Positions 20,325-30,209 of a stretch of DNA of 64,000 nucleotides are shown here, in pieces; position 1 is the first letter of the stretch; every line of letters starts with the position of its first letter. The translations under genes were made by a program, and so were the position numbers. The notes below the pieces were generated by a model. It was not told the origin of the DNA. It did not search any database and was given only the letters and a program-made list of their open reading frames with translations. This DNA comes from Rhizobiaceae bacterium. Its GTDB lineage: Bacteria > Pseudomonadota > Alphaproteobacteria > Rhizobiales > Rhizobiaceae. The stretch is taken from NCBI GenBank assembly GCA_023953835.1, contig JAMLJB010000002.1, forward strand, positions 90,630 to 154,629, read 5' to 3'.

Positions 20325-21172
20325 CCGACTACAGAGTTGATATGGGCATCGCAAACCGAGTGGCGTTGGTGACCGGTGCAGCGCGCAATATCGGCCGCAG
20401 CACCGCCATCGCGCTCGCCAGGGCCGGCGTCCGCGTCGCGGTCGCTGCGCGGACGGATTCGAAGGAACTCAACGACACGGTCAGGGAATGTGCGCAATCC
20501 ACGCAGGCGATCCCGATCGTCGTGGATCTCGCCGACCCGGATTCCATCGGCGCTGCCGTGGGCCGCGTCGAGCGGGAGCTCGGGCCGGTGGACATTCTGG
20601 TCAACAATGCCGCGATCCGCCCAAGGGTGCCCATCGCGAAAATCGATCTTGCCGAATGGGCCAATGTCCTCGACACCAATCTTCGCGCGCCGTTCCTGCT
20701 CTGCCAAAGCGTGGTCGAGGGCATGATGGATCGCCGCTGGGGACGAATCGTCAATGTCTCGGGGATCGACGCCATTGCCGGCAGCGTGGACCGTGTTCAT
20801 GTGACGACGTCGAAAGGCGGTTTGCTGGGGCTCACCGCGGCTCTTGCGCCGCAAGTCGCCAAATATGGCGTAACGGTCAACACGGTTATCCCCGGCGCCA
20901 TCGACACTGTCAGACATACCCCCGAATGGTATCCCGACACGAAGACATTTCGCGCCGCTTTCACCGACCGCTCCCCGATGGCGCGCTTTGGCATGCCTGA
21001 CGAAATCGCCAATGCAGTTCTGTTCCTAAGTTCCGTCCTTTCCTCCTATCTTACCGGTCAATCGATCGTCGTCGCGGGAGGTTTTCCGATTGGTCGCCGA
21101 AAAGAATCGGAAGCTGAGCCCGAGCTCGATTGGGTAGGCAAGTTCCGCCCCGATCAGGTGGAAGCCCAGTGA
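20321..21172 (+). CDS. SDR family oxidoreductase, atypical (YxxxK Tyr replaced)
   Basis: VALVTGAARNIG, LVNNAA, HVTTSKGG. Confidence 0.88.
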   Translation: MTDYRVDMGIANRVALVTGAARNIGRSTAIALARAGVRVAVAARTDSKELNDTVRECAQSTQAIPIVVDLADPDSIGAAVGRVERELGPVDILVNNAAIRPRVPIAKIDLAEWANVLDTNLRAPFLLCQSVVEGMMDRRWGRIVNVSGIDAIAGSVDRVHVTTSKGGLLGLTAALAPQVAKYGVTVNTVIPGAIDTVRHTPEWYPDTKTFRAAFTDRSPMARFGMPDEIANAVLFLSSVLSSYLTGQSIVVAGGFPIGRRKESEAEPELDWVGKFRPDQVEAQ

Positions 21173-22890
21173 CCCATATCTACAACAATCCCGACAACTT
21201 CGCCGCGGAGGTACTCAATGGCTACGCATCGGCCTATGCGCGCTATGTATCGGCCGTGCCGGCGGCGGGGGTCGTCAACGCCCGCGCCCAACGTGGTCTG
21301 ACCCGGGTCGTCGTGGGCGGCGGCGGCGGGCACTTCCCATGGAGCGCGGGATTCGTCGGGCCGGGCATGGCCGACGGAGCAGTGATGGGCAATGTGTTCA
21401 CCTCGCCGTCCGCGGAACAGATTTACCAGGTGATACGCGCCTTACCCGATGCCGCGTCCGTGCTCTTCTGTTACGGCAATTACGCAGGCGACGTGCTTCA
21501 TTTCAACATGGCGCAGGAACGACTTCGCTCCGAAGGCGTAGACTGCCGCAGCGTGCAGGTAACTGACGACGTGGCGTCGGCTGCGTCGGGAAGCGAAGGC
21601 CAGCGGCGCGGGATTGCCGGAAGCATGATCGTCTACAAGATCGCGGGCGCCGCGGCTGCGGCCGGCGGCGATATCGGCAATGTCGAGCGTGCTGCCGGAC
21701 GGGCCAACGAACGTACGCGGACGTTTGGCGTGGCGTTTTCCGCATGCACCTTCCCCGGTCGCGAAAAGCCGCATTTCGATGTCGCGCCGGGAACATTCGA
21801 GCTCGGGCTCGGCATCCATGGCGAACCGGGAGTTCGCAGCGCGGCTCGAATGAGCGCGGCCGAGCTGGCGGGGACACTCGTCGGGGAACTCGTGAAAGAA
21901 CGACCATCGGATGCATCGGGCCGCGCCGCCATTCTGCTGAACGGATTGGGAGCGACGAGCCAGGACGAACTGCTCGTGCTGTGGAGCGGCATAGCACCCT
22001 TGCTGAAGGACGCCGGCATCGACCCCGTCCTTCCGGAAGTGGGTGAATATGTAACCAGCCTCGACATGGCCGGCTGTTCGCTCAGCCTTTGCTGGCTCGA
22101 TGACGAACTCGAAGATCTATGGCTCGCCCCCGTCGATACCCCGGCGTTCCGGCGTGGTTCTCCTGTCGTCGCATCCGCGGAAACTGACGCTTCCTCTGCT
22201 GGCAAGCCGGTGGCAAATGCGCCTCGGGCAACGAAGGGTCCCTCGGTTTCATCGAGCGACGACGCCGGTTCCGATGCGGTTCGCGCTTCGCTCGCGGCCA
22301 TGCTCGATGCCGTGACAAAGGCAGAAGCCATGCTTGGCGAAATGGACTCCGTTGCAGGCGACGGCGATCATGGGGTCGGCATGACGCGCGGCCTGCGCGC
22401 TGCGGTCGATGCTGCCCGAACATCCGGCCGCACGCCGGAACTCCTTCGCGCGGCAGGTGCCGCATGGTCCGACAGGGGCGCCGGTACGAGCGGAGCGCTC
22501 TGGGGCCTGCTGCTCAGTTCCATGGGAGACGCGCTCGATGCAAAGACCGTGATCGACGGCGCGGCTCTTTCAAAGGCAATCGCCCACGCTGCCAGACAGG
22601 TCCAGCAAGTCGGCAAAGCTGAAATCGGCGACAAGACCATGGTGGATGCATTGGCACCGTTCGTGGAATCGCTTCTCGACGCCATGGGAAAAGGAACTCC
22701 GCTCGGCGCGGCATGGCCACAGGCAAGCGCGCTCGCTACGGAAAGGGCCCAAGCGACTGCGAGCTTGCGACCCCGGCTCGGCCGGGCCCGCCCGCTCGCG
22801 GAAAGAAGCGTCGGTTCACCCGATCCGGGGGCCGTCTCGATGGCGCTTTGCCTGAGCGCAGTCGCACCGGTTTTGAAGGATTGCAATTAA
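21169..22890 (+). CDS. Fused DhaK-DhaL dihydroxyacetone/erythrulose-type kinase
   Basis: GGGGGH, YGNYAGD, DDVAS, RRGIAG, GLGIHGEPG, GDGDHG, GDKTMVDA, PDPGA; GTG start at 21169. Confidence 0.9.
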   Translation: MTHIYNNPDNFAAEVLNGYASAYARYVSAVPAAGVVNARAQRGLTRVVVGGGGGHFPWSAGFVGPGMADGAVMGNVFTSPSAEQIYQVIRALPDAASVLFCYGNYAGDVLHFNMAQERLRSEGVDCRSVQVTDDVASAASGSEGQRRGIAGSMIVYKIAGAAAAAGGDIGNVERAAGRANERTRTFGVAFSACTFPGREKPHFDVAPGTFELGLGIHGEPGVRSAARMSAAELAGTLVGELVKERPSDASGRAAILLNGLGATSQDELLVLWSGIAPLLKDAGIDPVLPEVGEYVTSLDMAGCSLSLCWLDDELEDLWLAPVDTPAFRRGSPVVASAETDASSAGKPVANAPRATKGPSVSSSDDAGSDAVRASLAAMLDAVTKAEAMLGEMDSVAGDGDHGVGMTRGLRAAVDAARTSGRTPELLRAAGAAWSDRGAGTSGALWGLLLSSMGDALDAKTVIDGAALSKAIAHAARQVQQVGKAEIGDKTMVDALAPFVESLLDAMGKGTPLGAAWPQASALATERAQATASLRPRLGRARPLAERSVGSPDPGAVSMALCLSAVAPVLKDCN

Positions 22891-22925
22891 GCGAACGCGC
22901 GGCGCGGTTCTTGTTTCATCGAAGG

Positions 22926-23084
22926 TCAGGACAATGCCTGCAAGCCGGTCTGGGCTCTGCCGAGGATGAGCGCGTGGATGTCGTGCGTGCCCTCATAGAT
23001 GTTGACGGTCTCCAGGTTCTGCGCATGGCGCATGACGTGGTAGTCGATGTGGATGCCGTTGCCGCCGTGCATGTCGCGCGCGCG
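22926..23084 (-). pseudogene. gcdH: Glutaryl-CoA dehydrogenase C-terminal fragment
   Basis: [49 protein letters not shown]. Confidence 0.85.
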
Positions 23085-23121
23085 GCTTTTCCATTAAAAA
23101 GTGGCTCTGATGCACTATCGA

Positions 23122-23503
23122 GGCGCTGGCCACGTAACACGGCGCGGACAAGCTTCCGGCTATGCCCGGTTTGCCGGACAATCAGCCGGATTAAGTCGCC
23201 TTTCTTCGACAGTTCCCGGATCGCCTCATTCGTCCCCTGGCGACGTAAATACCCCTCGTATTGCAGCCTTTCCGCGCAAGTCAAAAGCTTGGGATCAACG
23301 ATATTGCTGCCAACCGCCTGCCCGATCTGGCGCATGGATTTGCCGACAGCATCGAGGAATGCCCGACTGGAATTCTCCATCAGGTGCCAACGGTCGGCGA
23401 CCTGTTCAGCATCAGGCAAGGCCTTCGCGATGGCCTCGCCATAGCCACCACCCCGATCGCGAGCGACGATCGATATATACTGGTGCCGGGCAAGCCATGA
23501 TCG
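23122..23503 (-). pseudogene. ISL3-family transposase internal fragment
   Basis: WLARHQYISIVARDRGGGYGEA...PDAEQVADRWHLMEN. Confidence 0.85.
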
Positions 23504-23533
23504 AGACCTATCCAACGCACGGTCCGGCAATAG

Positions 23534-24278
23534 GGGGTCGTTTGCGGGAGGGGGGCGAAATCCGACGCTAAGCCGAGAACGCGCTTACCGTAGTCCCTGA
23601 GTTCGCCATTCGGACCTACGTAGCGGTAGAGAGTGACGCGCTGCGCCATGGCGGCCTGGGCGAGACGCACCTGTGCTTTGGTCAGGGCGAATTTCCGGCC
23701 GCCCTTGCGGCCTCGCGCTCTGGCTGCGGCAAGGCCGGCCATGGTGGGCTCGCGGATCAGATCCCACTCAAAGTCGGCCAAAGTGGCGAAGATACCGAAC
23801 ACCATGCGGCCGGGATGCGGTTGTGGTGTCGATCTGAGCTCCCTTTCCGGTCAGCATACGCGGGCCGATCTTGCGGTCTGACAGATCCTTCACGGTGTTG
23901 ACCAGATGGGCGAGGGTCGCCGACGAGGCGAACGCGGTGCGCGACACCCTGAAATCCTTTGCCGAAATTGGCGGGGCCCTGGTCGATGCACTGGACGACG
24001 GCCAGCCGCTGGACGACGTCATCGCGACCGGATCGGGCTGATGAACGTCATCCTTGCGGAAGGGATCAATCTCGGCCTGCGCAAGATGGCTGACGCCACA
24101 AATACCCACACCTTCTGGGAGTTGATCAGCATAGGACGATGGCATGTCGAAGGCGAAGCCTACGATCGGGTGCTGGCCATGGTGGTCTCCCCTCGGATGG
24201 GAGCAGATCAATCGCACTGGAGACTATCGCTGGCCAAAGCCTTCGCGTAAGATCTCGCTCCCTCCCGCAAACGACCCC
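23534..24278. mobile_element. 745-bp non-autonomous mini derivative of the Tn5393-like transposon
   Basis: IRs at 23534-23572 and 24241-24278 resemble 45021-45058/48670-48707; interior is the tnpR 3' half plus three tnpA pieces. Confidence 0.9.
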
Positions 24279-24393
24279 TCTCAGGCCGACCTCGGCGTCA
24301 TGGCCAATGCCTCCCGCAAACAGGTCAATGCGGCGATGCAGCGTTTCGCCTCCGCTGGCTGGGTGCAATACACATTTCGTTCCATCACCGTGA
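24279..24393 (+). pseudogene. Crp/Fnr-family regulator C-terminal HTH fragment
   Basis: SQADLGVMANASRKQVNAAMQRFASAGWV..FRSITV, starting right at the mini-transposon IR. Confidence 0.6.
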
Positions 24394-24442
24394 CGATCCC
24401 AGGAATGACCGGTCCGCGATCCTGATGCCCGGCCTTGTTGCT

Positions 24443-25348
24443 TCAGAGCGCTGCCGCAGCCGGTTCGTGCGGCAACGCCTTCCACGAGCCCCGCGCGTTC
24501 AGCCACTCGCTGGTTCTGCTGATACCGCCAAAAGCGAATACATGGAGCTGCACGATATTCGAGCCGGGATTGCCGCGCACGAACTCTTCCACGGGTTCCA
24601 CCACGAGTTCGGGAGAATGGACGGTGGTCAGGGCCGCCAGCGAGCCGGCGCGCTTGCGCAAGAGGCCGATCGAATTGCCGACGCCGCATGTGATCGCATA
24701 TTTGATCAGTGTGGTCAATTTTGCCGGACCGGCCACGCCGAAATGCACCGGAAGATCGATGCCGTGATCTTCCAGTCCTTGCGCCCACCGCACGAATCCA
24801 GCGCCGTCGAAGCCGAACTGGGTTACTATGCGAAGCCTCGCATCCGTTCGTTTGGCGAACTCGGCCTTCAGCCGCAGCGCCTCGTTGGCTGTCGCCTCCG
24901 AGAAATCGGGGCTTCCCTCGGGATGGCCTCCCACGCCGATGTCGGTGACGCCGCATTGGTCGAGCAGGCCGGTTTCGAGCACGTCCATCGTCGAGGAGAA
25001 CGCGCCGGCCGGTCGCGACAAACCTCCCGCGATCACCAGCATATCGCGCACGCCGGCACCTTGCGTCAGCGCCTTGATCCGGGACTCCAGCTGCGCCTGC
25101 GTGGCAAAGCGGCGCGCGGCAAGGTGGGGGACGGGCCTGTAGCCGAGATCGGACAGGCGCTTTGCGCCGCTGACCAGCAACCGATCCGAATCGTTGCCCA
25201 AATCCGGTATGTAAACCCTGATGCCGCTCGGAAATAGGCCCGGCAATTCAGCCGACTCGGCAGCCTGCCGCGCGCTGACCTCGATCGAGGCGTGAAGCCG
25301 GCCGCCCCGCACACCGTTGAAGTCGCTTACGTTTTCCATATTGTTCAT
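24443..25348 (-). CDS. metF: 5,10-methylenetetrahydrofolate reductase (short Sphingobium MetF-like type)
   Basis: PVPHLAARR, MLVIAGG, GVGGHPEG, RIVTQFGFD, GVAGPA. Confidence 0.85.
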   Translation of the reverse strand: MNNMENVSDFNGVRGGRLHASIEVSARQAAESAELPGLFPSGIRVYIPDLGNDSDRLLVSGAKRLSDLGYRPVPHLAARRFATQAQLESRIKALTQGAGVRDMLVIAGGLSRPAGAFSSTMDVLETGLLDQCGVTDIGVGGHPEGSPDFSEATANEALRLKAEFAKRTDARLRIVTQFGFDGAGFVRWAQGLEDHGIDLPVHFGVAGPAKLTTLIKYAITCGVGNSIGLLRKRAGSLAALTTVHSPELVVEPVEEFVRGNPGSNIVQLHVFAFGGISRTSEWLNARGSWKALPHEPAAAAL

Positions 25349-26190
25349 GCGAACACCACGGTCTTGGCGTGGTTGATCATGACGCGGTCTTCGAGATGAA
25401 GCGCAATCGCGCGGGCCAGCACCCTTCGCTCGATGTCCCGGCCCTTGCGGATCATGTCTTCCGGCGTGTCGCGGTGCGTTATGTGCTCGACATCCTGAAC
25501 GATAATCGGGCCTTCATCGAGATTCGGAGTGACGTAGTGAGCGCTCGCCCCGATCATCTTCACCCCGCGCTCATAGGCCTGATGGTAGGGCTTCGCCCCC
25601 TTGAAGCCGGGCAGGAAGGAATGGTGAATATTTATGCACCGCCCCGACAGATACCGCGAAAAATCATCCGAGAGGACCTGCATGTAGCGCGCCAGAACCA
25701 CCAGCTCCGCGCCGGTCGCATCGACGATCTCTCTGACCTGCGCCTCCTGCCGGAGCTTGGTTTCCCTGCTGATCGGCAGGTGGTGGTAGGGAATGTCGGG
25801 ATCGGGCTGCGCCTTCAGCATTTCCTTCGGGTGATTGGAAACGATACCGACGCAGTCGACGGGAAGCTCACCGATGCGCGTTCGGTACAGAAGGTCCACC
25901 AGGCAGTGGTCGAACATCGAAACCAGAAACAGCGCTTTGCGCCTCGTGCCGTGCGGATTCAGCTTCCATTCGAAGCCGAAAGCGAAGGCATGGGTTTGAA
26001 AGCGCGCCCGGAACTCGTCGCCGCCGCCCGGCAGCAAAAACGCCACGCGCATGAAGAACAGGCCGGTATGCGGATCGTCGAATTGCGCGGCCTCGGTTAT
26101 GTCGCCCCCGTTCGCCGCGATTTCCGACGCGACGCAGGCGACGATACCGGGTCTGTTTCGACATTTGAGCGTCAGGATGAAAGCGGGCAA
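25345..26190 (-). CDS. purU: Formyltetrahydrofolate deformylase
   Basis: ACT domain (CRNRPGIVA), VLARYMQVLS, INIHHSFLPGFKGAKPYHQA, LDEGPII; TTG start with GGAG RBS. Confidence 0.95.
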   Translation of the reverse strand: MPAFILTLKCRNRPGIVACVASEIAANGGDITEAAQFDDPHTGLFFMRVAFLLPGGGDEFRARFQTHAFAFGFEWKLNPHGTRRKALFLVSMFDHCLVDLLYRTRIGELPVDCVGIVSNHPKEMLKAQPDPDIPYHHLPISRETKLRQEAQVREIVDATGAELVVLARYMQVLSDDFSRYLSGRCINIHHSFLPGFKGAKPYHQAYERGVKMIGASAHYVTPNLDEGPIIVQDVEHITHRDTPEDMIRKGRDIERRVLARAIALHLEDRVMINHAKTVVFA

Positions 26191-26337
26191 TTTCGATCTC
26201 CGGGAATAGGCGTCGGCGTCCTGCGCACGGAGATCCGGGCACCGGCCAAGTGCGACACCGTCGCTTGCAAAAAAGGTGCCTTCGCCCCGGCAGCTTGAAC
26301 CGGTCGGGGCGTTGCCGGGCGTGGTGGTCCCGCCGGG

Positions 26338-27228
26338 CTAGAGTGTTTCCTTTCGCGCGGGCGTGAGGACGAAATCGTAGCGAAGCGCCGACATGTCCTG
26401 CTCGATCACGTTTCCCCGCGCCGTCCTGCCCGCTTCCTGCGGCGTCAGGCTCGCGATGAGCTCGTCCTTGACGCCGAACACGACATCGGAGTCGAGATAG
26501 GGGTCGCCGGAGAGGAAGACGTGCGTAACCAAAGTCTCAAAGCCGGGCGCCGCTATCATGAAGTGCACATGTGCCGGCCGGTACGGATGGCGGCCCTGCG
26601 CCTTCAGCATGTCCCCCACAGGTCCGTCATCGGGAATTGGGTAGAAGTTCGGCACGATGCTTCTGAACCAGAACCGGCCACCGCCATCCGTGCGAAAGCG
26701 GGCGCGGCCGGTGAGGCTTTCAAGCCCGTCCGCGTGCTGAATATCGTAATATCCGTCTCCGTCCGAATGCCACACATCGACAATCGCGCCAGCCAAAGCA
26801 TTGCCGCTGGGGTCACATACGCTGCCCTCGCACAGCATCGGCGCACCGTCGAGTCCTTCCGAAATGAACGCACCCAGCGGCTGCTCGGCTACGTTGGCGA
26901 CATAGAACGGTCCTAGAACGGTCGTCGCGGTCGCTTCGGATGCGCCGCGATGATTGATCGCATCGACCAGCATGGAGACGCCGAGCGTGTCCGAAAGCAG
27001 GATGAACTCCTGCCGCGTTTCGGAACACATGCCGCCGACGCGGGTCAGAAAATCGATGCCCTGCCGCCATTCTTCCTCGGTGGGTTCCACCTCCCTGACG
27101 AAGGCATGCAGATGGCGCACGAGCGCGTCGCTGATCGTCCGTGCCCGGTCGTTCGAAGCCCCGGCGACACGCCGCAGAACGGCCTCGGTGATGCTGGTTT
27201 CGTCTAAATTCCGCGATACTGGGTTCAT
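26338..27228 (-). CDS. Intradiol ring-cleavage dioxygenase, hydroxyquinol 1,2-dioxygenase-like
   Basis: EFILLSDTLG, TVLGPFY, DGYYDIQ, YPIPDDGPVG, RPAHVHF (Tyr/Tyr/His/His Fe ligands). Confidence 0.92.
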   Translation of the reverse strand: MNPVSRNLDETSITEAVLRRVAGASNDRARTISDALVRHLHAFVREVEPTEEEWRQGIDFLTRVGGMCSETRQEFILLSDTLGVSMLVDAINHRGASEATATTVLGPFYVANVAEQPLGAFISEGLDGAPMLCEGSVCDPSGNALAGAIVDVWHSDGDGYYDIQHADGLESLTGRARFRTDGGGRFWFRSIVPNFYPIPDDGPVGDMLKAQGRHPYRPAHVHFMIAAPGFETLVTHVFLSGDPYLDSDVVFGVKDELIASLTPQEAGRTARGNVIEQDMSALRYDFVLTPARKETL

Positions 27229-27257
27229 GTTCGAATCTCGCCCTTATGCCTGCACCG

Positions 27258-28148
27258 TCACGCCAGGCGGAACCAGATATTATCGAGAGCCGGCTTGCCG
27301 GCTTCGTTGACGAGCGAGCACGACCACATGTTGCTGTCCTCAGGCGACTTCCAGAATCCCGCGGTGAGGACATCGCCCGGATAGACCAGCGTGCGAAAAC
27401 GTGCGCCAAAACCCGATACGATCTTGCCCGGCGCTTCCTTCTCGAAGAACTTTACAGCCACACGGCCGAGATTGAGCTGCGTGACCGGACCGTGGATCGG
27501 CGTGCTCGGATACCCCCGCGCCGCGGCGGTCGCCGGATCGACATGGAAAGCCTCGCCCGCGATCAGGTTGTTCTGCAACGAAAGGGAGAGGCGATAGATC
27601 AGGTGAGCGCGGGGGTCGATCTGGAACGTCACCTCGTAGTCGGGCTTGGTCGTCGGGTGAGCGCTGCCGTGGCGGTAGCCGACATCCCCCAATGTCTCGC
27701 GCTCTCCCTGCGTCACGGCGAACTGGAAGCAATGGCGGCTTTCCATCACCGTCTCGCCGTCGACGCGACTGATCTGCTCCACCCAGACATGCAGGAACGT
27801 TTCCTTGAAATCGAGGCCGATGATCCGCATGGTCGAAGTCATCGTTCCCCCTAGACCGATCGGGCGCAGGAGGTCGTATTCCATGCCGAGATAGAGCGAA
27901 GGCGTCGGCAGATCGATCCCGCGATTGGTCGCTCTGATCCACGCGCCGGCCACGGAAACCGCGAATGTCGGCAAGACGCGCAATCCCCTGCCCTCAAAGA
28001 CGTATTCCAGGTCTTCGGCTCCACAGCCGCCGACCAGATTGGCAAGGATCACGTCCTTCAGGGTCCAAGGCGACTCGATGAGGCCGAGTTCGCGACCGAG
28101 CAGCGCATGGCCCTTGTTGCGAATACCCATATCGATGCGTTCATTCAT
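27258..28148 (-). CDS. MaoC-like double-hotdog (R-hydratase/MFE-2-like) protein
   Basis: WTLKDVILANL, VLPTFAV, FHVDP.TA...GYP..PIHG, ARFRTLVYPGD. Confidence 0.75.
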   Translation of the reverse strand: MNERIDMGIRNKGHALLGRELGLIESPWTLKDVILANLVGGCGAEDLEYVFEGRGLRVLPTFAVSVAGAWIRATNRGIDLPTPSLYLGMEYDLLRPIGLGGTMTSTMRIIGLDFKETFLHVWVEQISRVDGETVMESRHCFQFAVTQGERETLGDVGYRHGSAHPTTKPDYEVTFQIDPRAHLIYRLSLSLQNNLIAGEAFHVDPATAAARGYPSTPIHGPVTQLNLGRVAVKFFEKEAPGKIVSGFGARFRTLVYPGDVLTAGFWKSPEDSNMWSCSLVNEAGKPALDNIWFRLA

Positions 28149-28188
28149 CTGCTTGTTCCTTGACGTCGAGCCAGGCCCGCGACGCGGA

Positions 28189-29346
28189 TCAGGCTGCGTT
28201 GGCCGTTTCCCGCGGGAGATCCTGCAGGCGAGGCAGGACTTCCTTCGCGAACAGCTTGAGGTGGCTCTTGGTCGCCGCGTTGGACAGGAAGCCGGCCTGA
28301 CCCATCGCGATGAGATGACCGAACCCTCCGACATGGAGATAGAACTTTTTGATCTGCTCGAAGACCTGATCGGGCGTGCCGCAGAACAGGATGCCGCGCT
28401 TCACCAGTTCATCGACGGTGAGAACGTCCGGCCGGTTGCCGGTCTTCCCCGTTTTCAGCGCCATGGCGTTGGCCTGCGGCGACACATAGCCGGGCGGGTT
28501 GCGGTAGTGCAGCGGCACCTTGTTGTGCTCGTAGTACCAGAGAAGCTGCTTGCCGCCCTCGCGGGCTGCTTCTTCCGTCTCGGCGACATGGACCAGCCCG
28601 GCATAGCCGATCTGTTCGATCGGGCAATGACCGGTGCGCCCTCCCTTCGCCCAGCCCTCGCGATAGGCCGTGAAGACGGCGGGCGTGTCGGCATATCCGG
28701 TGTTGAAGGTGCCGAGGCTGTAGCCTTTCTCGCCTATTGTTTTCGCGCTGCCGGGGCTGGTGGCCGAGACCCAGATCGGCGGATGCGGATCCTGATATGG
28801 CCGCGGCCAGATGTTGACGCAGCGATGATGAAAATAACGGCCCTCGAAGGTGAACGGACCGTCATGTGAGATCCATGCCTTCTTGATCAGGTCCAGCGCT
28901 TCCCACATACGCTCGTTCATGCGCACGGGGTTGCTGTTTGCCGGTGCCACCTCGTAGGGAACGCCCTTCACGAAGCCGCACTCGAGGCGCCCTTCAGAGT
29001 AGACGTCGATCATCGCCATTTCCTCCGCCACCCGGACCGGCTGGCGCCGGTTGGCGATCGGATTGCCGAGCATAAGGATTCGCGCCTTTGTTGTATTGCG
29101 GGCGAGCACCGCGGCCAGCAGCGGCGACGCCGGAGTCGTGCAGGTCGGCGTCTGGTGATGCTCGTTGATCATCAGGTCGAGGCCGTTCTCATCGGCACAA
29201 GCCCACTCGTCGATGCGCCACTTGAGCAGCTCGGCGCCTTTCTTCGGATCGTAATATGAATTCGGCAATGAGACACGCAGCGAATCGTAGGTGTCTTCCG
29301 CTGGGAGGTACGGGTACGCGCCCTCACTGAAATGATAGACTCTCAT
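28189..29346 (-). CDS. LLM (luciferase-like) flavin-dependent monooxygenase
   Basis: NEHHQT, RVAEEMAMIDVYSEGRLECGFVKG, FEGRYF, WPRPYQDPHPPIW. Confidence 0.92.
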   Translation of the reverse strand: MRVYHFSEGAYPYLPAEDTYDSLRVSLPNSYYDPKKGAELLKWRIDEWACADENGLDLMINEHHQTPTCTTPASPLLAAVLARNTTKARILMLGNPIANRRQPVRVAEEMAMIDVYSEGRLECGFVKGVPYEVAPANSNPVRMNERMWEALDLIKKAWISHDGPFTFEGRYFHHRCVNIWPRPYQDPHPPIWVSATSPGSAKTIGEKGYSLGTFNTGYADTPAVFTAYREGWAKGGRTGHCPIEQIGYAGLVHVAETEEAAREGGKQLLWYYEHNKVPLHYRNPPGYVSPQANAMALKTGKTGNRPDVLTVDELVKRGILFCGTPDQVFEQIKKFYLHVGGFGHLIAMGQAGFLSNAATKSHLKLFAKEVLPRLQDLPRETANAA

Positions 29347-30158
29347 GCCATTGCCTCCTGCTTGCCAGCGAATTCCACGATCTGATCTGCCAATCGGACG
29401 GCCTGCTCTTCATCCGGCAGATGGCCGGCTCCCGCGATCTCGACAATGCGGGCGCCGGGAATGCGATCCGAGAAGGCCCGCGCATAGTCGTCCGAGACCA
29501 GCTCGTCGGATGCCCCGCGCACGACGAGCGCGGGCGCCTCGATATGCCGGAGCCTGTCCTTCAGTTTCGGATTATGCATGTAAGGCTCCCAGGTAATCAG
29601 CGCGAGCGTCTCGCGCCGGCGCGCCACGGCCAGAAGCTCGCGGTCCTCGAACGCCTCGGGATTGAAGTCGTGCCGGGCCGGATCATGGTAGATCCTGCGG
29701 CGCAGCTCCGCTTCTGTGATCGCGAAGATATCAGGTATGTCGAGCCGGTCGACAGGCCCGACCTTGATCCCAACCGGCGAGACGAGAATCAAACGATCCA
29801 CCACCCCGATCAGCTTGCTGGCCAGTTCCGCGGCGATCCAGCCACCGACGGAGACGCCGACGAGGATGACATGGTTCGGCCGAAGCTTGCGCAGCAGTGC
29901 GATGTAGAGGTGGACGATGTCGTCGATGGAATCCATCTCCAAAGGCATGTCGGCGTCGCCGAAGCCCGGATGAACCGGCGCGATGACGCGGAAATGAGCG
30001 GCCAGTGCTTCGAGCGCATCCCGCGATGCCTCCAGGCCGTTGATGCCGTGCAGATAAAGGAGCGTCGGTCCTTCACCGCCCTGCAGATAATCCAGTTCGA
30101 TGTTTCCTATCGAGATCTTGCTGTGCTGCATTGAGGTCTTGTCTGTCACTGCCGTCAC
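29343..30158 (-). CDS. Alpha/beta hydrolase
   Basis: LYLHG, HPGFG, GVSVGG nucleophile elbow, AGHLP; alternative ATG at 30131. Confidence 0.88.
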   Translation of the reverse strand: MTAVTDKTSMQHSKISIGNIELDYLQGGEGPTLLYLHGINGLEASRDALEALAAHFRVIAPVHPGFGDADMPLEMDSIDDIVHLYIALLRKLRPNHVILVGVSVGGWIAAELASKLIGVVDRLILVSPVGIKVGPVDRLDIPDIFAITEAELRRRIYHDPARHDFNPEAFEDRELLAVARRRETLALITWEPYMHNPKLKDRLRHIEAPALVVRGASDELVSDDYARAFSDRIPGARIVEIAGAGHLPDEEQAVRLADQIVEFAGKQEAMA

Positions 30159-30209
30159 CGATTGCCGTTAAGTTGTCGTGCCTATGGATAAGGAAAGCCG
30201 GAAAATGGC

